NCBI GenBank assembly: GCA_973895155.1
Contig: OZ316893.1
Location: 20,712,857-20,776,856, forward strand
DNA: 64,000 nt
Source of the DNA: Marsupella aquatica
Lineage: Eukaryota > Plantae > Marchantiophyta
Direction: 5' to 3'
In this document: piece by piece, positions 48,801-59,273 of the stretch
Numbering within the stretch: the first letter of the stretch is position 1
Layout: the number at the start of each line of letters is the position of its first letter
Notes under the pieces: generated by a model
Databases searched by the model: none
Told to the model about the DNA's origin: nothing
What the model saw: the letters and a program-made list of their open reading frames with translations, nothing else
Position numbers and translations under genes: made by a program

Positions 48801-49090
48801 ATGTGCAGCCATACTAGCATTATTGCTCACGAAAAGATAGGTTACTGTAAGTATTAAAAACCTTATCTCAGCACTAATTATCACAAACATCAAGAAAGAC
48901 TATTGTACAAGAAAGGCTATTATAATTGTAAAAGAACCAAATCTGATTAATGTTGGAGACAAGACAAAGAAAAATAATTAGACCCCACAAAGCAAAGATA
49001 AACCACTAGACAATTAAGAGTAAACTTAGTGGAAACTTATTTTTGTGTTTCCAATTGGATGAGAGATTGAGATTTGGGAACAAAATCCTC

Positions 49091-49157
49091 TGGTCTACTG
49101 TGGTGCTCCGTAGAGGTTTGAGTTTGGTCTGTTGTGGTGCTCAGCGGAGGTTTGAGC
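49091..49157. repeat. 34-bp tandem duplication
   Basis: TGGTCT..TGTGGTGCTC...GAGGTTTGAG twice. Confidence 0.75.
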
Positions 49158-50247
49158 TGTTCACCTATGGATCTTCTAGGTGACACAGGGCGATGCTGAC
49201 AACCCATAAAAAAGCAACTATACGAAATAATTGTTACTGAGTAATTATTTGCCTATCCGTACTGACACTCGAAGAATAATCCACTTAGTGAATGATAAAA
49301 GGCTCACAGGATTTGCAACGATTTTGTACCATCCGTCGAATTGATAGACTCAACACCGCTGTTCCAGCCATAGTTAAAACTCCTGTCTGGGTCAAACCCT
49401 AAAGTTTTACATCCATTGCTGAGAGTCAAGAGCTAAACGGGTCCTGAAGTGATAGTGCTACAAGCGAGTGAATTTTTCGGGCTCTCAGGTCGAGAAGAGA
49501 ACAGCCGAAGCATAAGATTATGACCTAGGGTAGTTCTGACGCACATAACTCGATGCTAGTAATGTGGTGAAAGGTTCATATTTAAGCTCCGCTCGAATTT
49601 ATTGAGCGACAACCTGGAAGGTAATTTAGCGCAATCACATGTACTTTTAGGATTGGCTGGTCACGTTGATAATTTGAAGCCTGTAAAGTGACAGAACTTT
49701 TGTGTGTTATGGTTGGCAAAGGTATATCCGACTATACTTGCGCACAGCTGTGATACAAAAATTGACGCTTATAGGACTTGAGAATTTTCAGTTTCATCAA
49801 TTTGCCTTCGTTCAATAGTACTGAAAAATGTGAGAACGAGCTTTGATTAGGCCAGCTAAGGCACCCTTTCGATATATGAATGTATCAAACTGGAATCGAT
49901 ATCATTATGAATTGTTGAAGTTGAACTGGTAGGACTGGTTGTGTCTGCGAATGTTCAGGAGGGCATTCAAATTAGACAGCACAAATGTGATAAGGGATAT
50001 TGAGTGTGCTCAAAAACATTTCTGAAGAAAGTAACTTTCATTATATACAGTGACGAAATTGCTGGAAATTTATCATTTTGTTTCTTAGATGCAATGGATG
50101 ATTGAGTATCACGTGTAAACTAATCCTGAGTATCAGTCTATAAACATGAAACAGCAACGGTTTATGTAGTCAAACATTTAATCATGGGGAAGAATTCCAA
50201 AACTGGAGGGCCGCTCAATTCTATCTGCTTGGCATCTACACACCTCG

Positions 50248-52575
50248 TCAGGCACCTCTCATCCGAGAACCAACAAATCCTGGATCATAGTAAGAAGACC
50301 GATCTGACAGTAGGGTTTGTATGCGCCCTGAAAGCTCCCCTGACTTTTCATCAATCCACAGAAGAGAACTCAATTGATTGTTGAGAATACGGACGACAAG
50401 GTCCATAGGACTTGCTCCATCCGCCACATCTAGGTCTCCTCCCTGAGCCGCATTGACATTTTGAATTGTTTCTCTTAGTTTTGCCCCCAAGCGCTCCAGT
50501 TCGCCTTCTACAAATTCTGCCTGTTGGTACATCTTGTCTCTGGTTGCGGCGGCATCATCCTCCACCATACCTGGTCGTTCTTCTTGATATAACCTCTCTG
50601 CTTCTTCTTCTATACTATCAAGAGCCCTCTCAACTTCTTGCTGATGGGTCTCAATGAGCTCCAGCTGTCTCTCGAGAGTATGTTGTGATTCAACCACCTT
50701 TGCGACTTCGCTCTCTACTTTAATAAGGACATTCCGATTGCTAATAATTCTCCGATCCCATTCACCGAGTGCTTCAGCTTGCTTTCTGAACGTTGCAGTT
50801 CGAACTTGAAGCTCATCACTCCACTGCCTGATAATATCCTCTACAGCTTTGCCGGTGATTTCTGATGGAGGTCGTGGAGTACTCTGCTGCACAGACGGGG
50901 CAGCAGCACTTGTAGTGGGAGCAGTAGCAGCTGGGGTGGATGTTGCAGCTGGAGTACTAGGGGCTGCACTGGAGCTTACAGGTTGCGTTGTGGTTGGTGC
51001 AGCTGTACTGCTACTCGTCGCAAATTTGAATCCCCCAAGACCGGTAGCAGCAGAAGTCGCTGCTGCTGCTGCACTTGGCTGTGATCCTGATGCCGGTGGA
51101 GTAGAGGTGGGCAGTCCTGCCGTCTTAGGCATGGAGAAGCTGAATGACGAGGATTTTCCTCCAGTTGCTGCCGGCCCATTCGAAAATGTGAAGCCTCCTG
51201 CACTACTTGCCCCTACAGTTGAACTGGTCTGACTTGTACTGGAGCTATGTACAGCCGAGGAGAAAGTAGAAGGAGCAGAAGAAGCAGCAACACCGGAGCT
51301 AGACTGCTGCTGTGAAGTGGCTGCTGAAGGTACTGAGAAGGGAGATGGGGACGGTGTACTAGAAGGACCAAATACCGATGGCGATGCCGAGGTTGATGGG
51401 GTTGTGCCAGGGGCGGGAGGGGCAGAGGGGGCGAAGATGTTAGACGAAAGAGACTGAGTTGCCCCAAAACTCGGAGTGGGAGTGGGAGTTTGAGCTTGAG
51501 CTTGAGTTTGCGTAGATGCTGCGGGAGCAGATGCCCCAGCGAAACTGAACCCTGAGAAAGGTGCCCCACTTGAAATGCCGGAACCAAAGGGCGAAGCAGC
51601 AGCTGGTTTAGCAGGTGCACCAAACCCTAAACTAGGCATTGCTGCTCCACCAAGGACAGAAGGTCCCGAAGAGGTGGTCTGAAATCCAGACGCAGGAGGG
51701 GCCGATGGAGTAAGGGAAAATCCGGAAGCAGGGGCAGATGAAGCAATTGAAGAGAGGCCCGTAGAAGCGGAGCTGGAGGCAGCTCCAAAAAGTGAAGGCG
51801 CACTGAATCCTGACGGAGTCCCCAATGCAGGAGGAGCGGAAGGATTGGCGGGGGCCCCAAAGCCCGGGGTAGGGGCACCAAATGCGGAGCCAGAAGCACC
51901 AGCAGAAGGATTCAACGGCTTATTCCCGAAGCTTAGAGGAGCATTGCCGAAAGCAAAGCCAGATTGGCCAGCAGACGAGGAAGAATTGAAAGCGGGCGAA
52001 GCACTTGCTCCAAAGGCAGGGGTAGAAGATGGAGCACCAGCAGGGGCAGAAGTCTGGGAGAATGGACTAGAGAGGGGATTAGATGGCGCACCGAACATTG
52101 AGGGCCCCGCCGCAGATGACTGAGAGAAAGAAAACCCGGATGGGGTAGCAGCAGCCGAAGAAGCGGACATGGGTGGGGTAGCAGCAGCCCCCCCTCCAAA
52201 GATTGACGCCGTCACTGGAGCACCAAAGCCTCCACCACCACCAGTCGACGCTCCAAACGGACTCGGTGATGCGGCTGGTGATGCGGCCGGTGCTGCTGCC
52301 CCTCCAAACCCAGGAACGGCACCAAGCGAGCTCCCAAATGCTCCACCAAAACTTCCCGCGCTCGTGGGAGTGGCAGCAGCAGCTCCGCCCGTCGCACTCC
52401 CGAATGAGAAGGCAGTAGGAGGATTCGACGACGCAAACAAACCTCCCGTGGGCTGCGTCGATACTGCACTCGATGAAGCAGCAGCGCTACCGCTCCCGCT
52501 GCCGAAGACTGAACCAGTTCCAAACGAGAACGACGAGAATCCGCCCCCGGACGACGCTCCCCCAAACCCCGCCAT
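50248..52575 (-). CDS. NUP62: Nucleoporin NUP62/Nsp1 (775 aa), intronless ORF
   Basis: FG/FSFG-repeat N-terminus, Thr/Ala linker, then Nsp1-C coiled coil ITGKAVEDIIRQWSDEL..FRKQAEALGEWDRRI..LERQLELIETHQQEV..VRILNNQLSSLLWIDEK. Confidence 0.95.
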   Translation of the reverse strand: MAGFGGASSGGGFSSFSFGTGSVFGSGSGSAAASSSAVSTQPTGGLFASSNPPTAFSFGSATGGAAAATPTSAGSFGGAFGSSLGAVPGFGGAAAPAASPAASPSPFGASTGGGGGFGAPVTASIFGGGAAATPPMSASSAAATPSGFSFSQSSAAGPSMFGAPSNPLSSPFSQTSAPAGAPSSTPAFGASASPAFNSSSSAGQSGFAFGNAPLSFGNKPLNPSAGASGSAFGAPTPGFGAPANPSAPPALGTPSGFSAPSLFGAASSSASTGLSSIASSAPASGFSLTPSAPPASGFQTTSSGPSVLGGAAMPSLGFGAPAKPAAASPFGSGISSGAPFSGFSFAGASAPAASTQTQAQAQTPTPTPSFGATQSLSSNIFAPSAPPAPGTTPSTSASPSVFGPSSTPSPSPFSVPSAATSQQQSSSGVAASSAPSTFSSAVHSSSTSQTSSTVGASSAGGFTFSNGPAATGGKSSSFSFSMPKTAGLPTSTPPASGSQPSAAAAATSAATGLGGFKFATSSSTAAPTTTQPVSSSAAPSTPAATSTPAATAPTTSAAAPSVQQSTPRPPSEITGKAVEDIIRQWSDELQVRTATFRKQAEALGEWDRRIISNRNVLIKVESEVAKVVESQHTLERQLELIETHQQEVERALDSIEEEAERLYQEERPGMVEDDAAATRDKMYQQAEFVEGELERLGAKLRETIQNVNAAQGGDLDVADGASPMDLVVRILNNQLSSLLWIDEKSGELSGRIQTLLSDRSSYYDPGFVGSRMRGA

Positions 52576-53080
52576 CGTTCGGGACTCTCTTTCTTGCTAC
52601 AAAAATCTCGCTCTCTCCCTCCGTTCGTCCGTCCGCAATCTCGATCGTGTGGAAAGGTCGATCAGTATTATTACGTCGCGTTCACATTCTCGCGCAGCTC
52701 CAAGACCTCCTCCTCCATCGCTTCTTTGCAACGACGTTCATTCGTACTCTTCGTAATCCGATACAAGCGCAAAACCACTCCAGAGTCGACATACGAAGAC
52801 TGGAGTCGACGTAACAATAATGAACCCTAACGTAAACCCTTCGTCGGACTTTGAATCCCAGACCGTCATCGCTCGCATTTGTTTGTGTTGTAGAAGCGGG
52901 AAAAACTCCAATTTCGACGGAAATCAGCTTGTCAGTTGCCTCGTGTACGGGGGACCTCTCTCTAACTACACACGCTCCCGGGAAGAAGCTTTCGGTGTTC
53001 ACGTACGTCTGGTATTGCATGATGGTTAGGTATAGGGATAATGTATATAGTTAAGGTCGTCGGGTGCCTCTTTATGAGGT

Positions 53081-53625
53081 ACTAGCTCAATACATGTGCG
53101 TTGCACAAAAGAAGTTGTGTCGGTCAAGATGTCGTTGAGAAAAATGATGTCATGTCAGCCAAGAGGTCGTGAAGAGAAATGTCGTGTCACCCAAGAGGTC
53201 GTTGAGAGAAAAGATGTTGTGTTGGCCAAGAGGTTGTTGAGAGAAAAGAAGTCATGTTGGCCAAGATGTCGTTGAGAAAAAAAGATGTGTCGGCCAAGAG
53301 GTCGTGGAGAGAAATTATGTCAAGTCGCCCTAAAGTTCTTTCATTGAGAGAAAAGAAGTCGTTGAGAAAAAAAGTTTTTGTGTCAGCCAAGAGGTCGTTG
53401 AGAAAAAAGATGTCGTCTTGGCCAAGAAGTCATTGAGAAAAAAGATGTCGTGTCGGCCAAGATGTCGTTACAAAAAAATTGTCATGTCGGCCAAGATGTT
53501 GTTGAGAAAAAAAATGTCGTGTCGGCAAAGACATCCTTGAGGGAAAAGATGTCGTGTCGGCCAAGACATCGTTCTGGAAAATACCCGTGCGTTGCACAAA
53601 AGATGTTGTTAAGAAAAAAAATTGT
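53081..53625 (-). mobile_element. Helitron-type 3' end(s) with ~33-35 bp minisatellite
   Basis: ACTAGCTCAATACATGTGCGTTGCAC at 53081 (minus strand ...GCAACGCAC...CTAG|T) and a second end-like ATACCCGTGCGTTGCAC at 53581 bracket an array of GGCCAAGA(T/G)GTCGTTGAGAAAAAAGATGTCGTGTC. Confidence 0.65.
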
Positions 53626-54407
53626 TCCTTTCAAACCTTAACCTCCCCCTTTTTCCCTTTTCCTATTTTTGGTCTTCTCTTTTTCACATTCACCATCACT
53701 CCACTCGTTCACCGCCCCCCTTCCCCACCCATGTGAGATCGAGGGGCTACCCTACATTGCGAGTGTGCCCCTCACCTGAGACCTTGCCATTAACACCCAT
53801 GCCATGCGCTTCACTATGTCTTTGGGCCTTATTACTTTTGTTTTTTTGGCATTGAAAATGACTCTGCAAATGAATGTAAAAATCACCACAAATATTGGGA
53901 GAACAGTTTTTTATTGATCTAATGACTAAAATGTTATTAGTAATTAAATTACTTTTAGGGACTCTTACCAGTATTATACAAACTTATGATGCACACAATA
54001 TTGAAATATGTACAATGAATATATACAATACAAATTTGTATGTGAATATGTACAATATTTATTGCAAGAATGTATACTCCTTGATGCTTGTGCATTGATT
54101 CTTGTGCATTGTGTTAAAGTCTTTCCCTTCTTTTTTTGTGTGCCTCGTGTGATTATTCTTGCTTGTCTTGGGCACCGTGCAACTTTTTGTGACTCACACT
54201 AAACTCAATTCACACTTTGGCTTTATTGCTTACCTTTGACCAGATTTTTTAATTTTTGTGCCCTGCAAATTTGAATGACGACCACTTTAAAAAGTGGCGC
54301 AACTGTGTATTATAGTTCTTGATTTCGGTCGACCGTATATGGTCGATCCGCGTATGCGGGGAGACCATATGCAGGAGACCAAATACACGCATAAAGAGGT
54401 GAGCAGG

Positions 54408-54679
54408 CGCCCTTAGCTTCACGTTAAGGTAGTCTGGGTGATTTAACACTGATTAATCCACTTTGGATACCTCCCTGCGTGATGAGCTGGATAGCTTCCC
54501 GCTAGATGAGCTGCATAACCCAGCTGGTCCATGTAATGGAGACCGTATGTCAACGGTATAAAAATATGGTATATTTTAATGGAATATAATCAAGACCAAA
54601 TGTGCTAACGTGTCAGCAGCCTAAAGCCTCAAAATACTAAAACCTACCCAGACGACCTTAACGAGTATCTAGGGAGGTG
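54408..54679. mobile_element. MITE-like element with ~36-bp imperfect inverted repeats
   Basis: CCCTTAGCTTCACGTTAAGGTAGTCTGGGTG vs TACCCAGACGACCTTAACGAGTATCTAGGG. Confidence 0.55.
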
Positions 54680-54723
54680 GGTTACTGTAAATTGTAACCA
54701 TGTACCATGTGACCTGAAAATGA

Positions 54724-54912
54724 ACACAAGTTGAATGAGGTAATGTCAGTGTGAAAATGTATCAATGTTACACAAGTTGAGTGAGGTAATGTTGTGTTAA
54801 AGTGCATCAATGTTACACAAGTTGAATGAGATAGTGTCGTGTTAGAGTGAATTCATGTTAGATGTTACGCAAGTTAAATGAGGTAGTGTTGTGTTAGAGT
54901 GCTTCCATGTTA
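54724..54912. repeat. ~45-bp tandem repeat, 4 copies
   Basis: ACACAAGTTGAATGAGGTAATGT..TGT(T/G)A.A.TG.AT.AATGTT repeated. Confidence 0.88.
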
Positions 54913-55359
54913 CTAGTTGTATTGTAACTGCAGACCTTTTTGATGAATACTCTTGTTATCTTATTAACTATTTACTTGTATATAGAAATAAAAAAGAAAA
55001 CATCGTATCTACTCAATCACAAAGTGAATCTAAGATAACCTAATCTGTAATGTAATGCGCTTTACTAAAATGGACAAAAAATTGCAGGGCAGTAATGTAA
55101 GCGATATTCAATGATAAAAAATTGATTGCAGTTTATGCAATTGACAAAATAATCAATTACATAACAATCATCTTTATGTAACTGACAACCACCGCTAAGC
55201 AAGAAGTCTTGAACTATAACCAGATTCACTTCAAAGTTGAAGTGAATGAAACAGACCCAAGAGGTATAACCTCTAGCTTGAGGGTTTCAGTTTCACAAAA
55301 ATGACATCACGTGCAATGAACTATATGAAGGTCATTTTATTGATTCGACAAGAAGACTG

Positions 55360-55555
55360 AAAAATTTTCTCAGAAGAACATTAGAGTATTTTAAATCCAA
55401 TTTTGAGACTTATAAGAACATCAGGGTCTATTTAATCCAATTCCAACTTATAGGAGTTAAAAAATTAAAAAAAACTTCTTAGATCAGTTAGAGGATCCAA
55501 GGTCTAAAAACATTGCAGGTGATGGGGAGGCTTCCATATAGTGAGACCCCTGAGC
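55360..55555 (-). repeat. Partial inverted copy of the 7624-8156 foldback element
   Basis: GAAGAACATTAG...TTTTGAGACTTATAAGAACAT...GCAGGTGATGGGGAGG...GTGAGACCCC matches the reverse complement of ~7893-8100. Confidence 0.75.
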
Positions 55556-56362
55556 CCTCTAGACCCCAAGAGATGAGAATGTCTCCGATAAGGAACTCTA
55601 CAAGGACCTCTCAACCAATTGATGAATCTCACTAAAGTTGAAACAGTGAAATACACAATTAGGATGACCACAAACTGGACTAATTTGCCAACTAACTACT
55701 CTGAATATTATTCTTAGCTTATCTACTATTGTCATCTCCAAAATTGTAGCAAGATGAAGCTTTCCTGACAAAAACTAATTTAGGGGGTGGGGGGGACGGA
55801 AGCAAACCTGCCACATGTCAACTTGTTTCCAGGTGCAAGTTTACAGCCTGGTAATCCCTCCCCTGTGCACACCTTTATTATGCTATACTTAAAAGAGCGT
55901 TTGCTGTATGTTTTTTAAGTGCAAAACATTGTGTTTATCTGTAAGTGCATAGTGATAGTGTGACAGTACAGTGTTGCAACCTGCAATGGGCCCTCTGTCA
56001 CTCCTTGGCTTCCTTCCAAAGTTGTACATCCCTGCCCTAAATATGCCCTACCTGATAAGTGCAAAAATTTTACTTTACGGTGAAATGACTTGGACTTAAC
56101 AATATTTTACGTGGAAAAAATTGTGCGCTTCCCAGTAGTGTGCATAAATCCTTATAGAGGGTCTGCACTTATGTCTTAGTTCTTTGGTGCAGCCTCTTTG
56201 CACTTGTAAACAGTGTAGAGAAAATGCCACATAGTTGCACAAAGGGAAGAACAACACAGTTGCAATTATCCAAGTTTTGCATTTATGGAGAGGTCACTCT
56301 CTCCAGTCTAGAATGTACCCTAAGTTATTTACCTTGTACCTGTGCTGGCAAAAGGTCTCAAA

Positions 56363-56656
56363 TATTAGGTATTGTTCTTAGTCTTGTGACTCTATAGCTA
56401 ACCATAGTTAGTCTAACTCAGGGTTAGGACTTAGCTAAGGTTAGCGGTAGTGCTGTTGTGTATATAGCCAAGGCTGGTGCCAGTCCTTGGTGGATCTTCA
56501 GTTCATTGTTGGAGTTGAGCAAGAGAGAAGTAAAGGTCTCTTGCTTTCCCGTGGATGTAGCCTCGGTCATGAGGTGAACCACGTACTCGCTCTGTCGACT
56601 ACTTTGTATGGTGTTCTCATGTGCATGGTGGCTCGGGATAGGGATTATCCCCAACA
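56363..56656 (+). mobile_element. Solo LTR related to family A (diverged)
   Basis: TATTAGG...CCAACA; core TTCCCGTGGATGTAGCCTC..GAGGTGAACCACG..TGTCGACT shared with ~5795-5850; flanks TCAAA/TAAAA. Confidence 0.6.
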
Positions 56657-57704
56657 TAAAATAGAATCACATGTGAGAGGTTATAGCTAAGCTTTAGTTC
56701 CTTTGAGGATTCATTAAACCTCTACTGGCAAATTAAGTGCGGAGCTTCTTTTTAAGTTGTTTGTTTTGTTTGATGCTCAAAGTAAGTTATGGCTTCACTT
56801 GACAATTTCTCAAACTTTGAGTTTTATGGCAAGTTTCTACTATCAATGGAGAGTTTATCAAATAAGCTTTCTAATGATACCACATTTTGCACCCTAACAA
56901 AAAATGGTTAGTGAGGAATAATTGTGCAAAGATGGAGTCTCTCAAGTTAGGCTTAAAGTTTAGGGTGTCTTCAACTCCTCCCCACATTCTAGTTTGTATT
57001 TTGCAGTGCACCTGGTGTCATGCTTTGGGCATGTGCAAACGCCCTAGAGAGGTTTGCAACTACCAAACGTCCAAAAACTTTTAAAAATATTTGTTTCCTG
57101 TGTTGTCCCCCAAATTGAAAGACAATTGTAACCTGTTCCTCAAACTAAAGTAGTTATGCACAACTGATCCAGCTGTACCCTGTCCAAACCACAGCAGCAG
57201 CCCACAATTGCCCCTGCACTAAACATTGCGCACATTTCACTAAGAATATGTGCTGTCCAGCCAAGCCAATGTCTGCCCTACTGTTGGGTCAACATGTAGC
57301 AACAATTTGTAGTTTTTCCTTGATGAAAATTGAGGGGTAAGACAAATAGGCAGGGTCCAAAATTTGACAAGTACCAGGCATGCAGCTAGCAACTTGAGCA
57401 TCTCTTGCCCATGTGCAAGATGGGAAAGGGCCAGCCTGGTTTAGGGCAATGTTGATTGGAGTCTGGCAGGACCAATTGTGCCTCACCACATGGCACTGGA
57501 TCAACTAAGGGGCCCTCAGATTAACTACAGCCATTTAGTTAACTCCACATATGAAATGAGGGTGATAGTGACAATTAGAATAATTTTGGTGGAACGGTTG
57601 CAAATTTCAATCAGTTTTGGGACAAGTTTGTAAAAATCTGAATAAAAAATCAGACTTGAGTAATGTTTCAAAATCTCTAAAGTAATAAGGAGTCTAAAAT
57701 TTTC

Positions 57705-57948
57705 CAAATTGTGGATTATGGCTTTTGGCCATATAGAAACCACCATATATAGCTTTTTCCACACATGTTATGTAAAATTTTATTTTTTTCACAAGCTTCT
57801 CCAGTGACTCATGGTCATGTCATGAGAGTATGAGACCAAACTTGATGGAAAAAGTTATGGACCATGAATTTGGTATTCCATAAGTTTTCCTGTCCCTAAG
57901 TTAACTAAGCTAAGGTCCATCAAAATTGAGTTTTTAGACCCCCTAATG
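57705..57948 (+). repeat. Dispersed repeat homologous to ~7150-7450
   Basis: Same motif order as described for 7140-7565. Confidence 0.65.
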
Positions 57949-59273
57949 GAGCCCTTTCACTTTCACGAGACCAACTTGCCCCCATGAGAGGCCCTTACCA
58001 GCATTTTTTTAGTGGCAAAAATTACCAGATTCCACCCCCCAAAAAAGCTTTAGCCACTTTTAACAAAAAATTGCTAGTTTTGCAATGTTTCATTAGCCAG
58101 TATCCCACATAATTACAGGCTCCATTAGCCAAAATCTAATGGTAATCCTTAAATCTAGGGGCATCTGACGGTCAGGAAAATAAGATAAAGAATATTTTCA
58201 CATGCAAAACAGTAAAAACCTTAACAAATAAGCTGGCCCTTACTATTATTATTACTCGACACATCAGCCTGGGTCCCGCAATTGTGGGAGATTCCAGGGC
58301 CCACCCAGAAATCTGTCCGGGGACCCGTGGCCCGGGGACAGATTCTGTTTAGCAGACTGCAGTTACAGTTACAGTTCAGCACAGCACCACAGTCCGTCAT
58401 AGAAGCACGGGCGGTGGTCCCGTGACTCCTTCGCGTCCAGGGAATGCGCATTAACGCCACGGTTCCATGGACGTTCCCACTCCCACGCAGAATGGCCAGG
58501 ACGACACTAGTGAGAGATTCGTTTGCTTTGCAAAAAGCTCGAGTCTCGAGATCCATTCTCACACCATTGACAGTTCAGTTGACTCTGTTTTTCATGAGTA
58601 AAAAGTGGTTTCATTCCGACTCTTTCCTCACTCAGGAATGGGGAGATTGATTGTGTTATGGAAGCTTCAGTGTGCAGAAGAATTGCCGACGTGACATCGA
58701 AGAAGCGGGCTGGTAACACAGTATAATCGAAAGAGGGACAGTAGGGTCGTGCGGAGGAGGAGGATCTCAGTGAGTCTACAGTTTCGCTGCAGGATTATTT
58801 TATGGGAAAGGCTTTTGGCGGTTGGAGTTTGAGAAGGCGTTGGAAGCTGGTGTCCGGGGCACATTGGCGAGAGCTATGAGACTCGGCGACTGTGATCGAC
58901 TCTTCTCATCCGGAAAGCAGCGATTCCTCCGAACGCTGCGGCCTCTTTTGCCTTTCCAATTTGGAGTTTCTCACTAGCTCGTCCCCTGTTGAGCGACTGA
59001 TGATACTTTTACAAGCTCGCTCGTCCGTTCAGATGAGCTAGCGATGGTTTGTAAGCTCGCTCGCCTCGACCGAACGACAGTCGTGGCGCACTGCGTGAGC
59101 GAGAGAGAGCAAGCTCGCTCGCGGAGCGCGCAGGAGAAGAGGGGGAATAGGTATTTCGGAGTGTGGTTTGTCACCGGAATTGTTCGTCCGACAGGGCAAG
59201 TGACACTGTAGGACGGAAGGAGGAGAGGGGGAGGGAATTTGTATAATACAGCAGAAGCAGAGGCAGCAGCAGA

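Noticed and set aside
50849-52814. Plus-strand Ala/Gly/Pro-rich ORFs up to 195 aa
   Set aside because: Antisense shadows of the low-complexity NUP62 coding strand.
58600-59000. Short ATG-initiated ORFs upstream of uricase as regulatory uORFs
   Set aside because: The transcription start is unknown and there is no conservation evidence.
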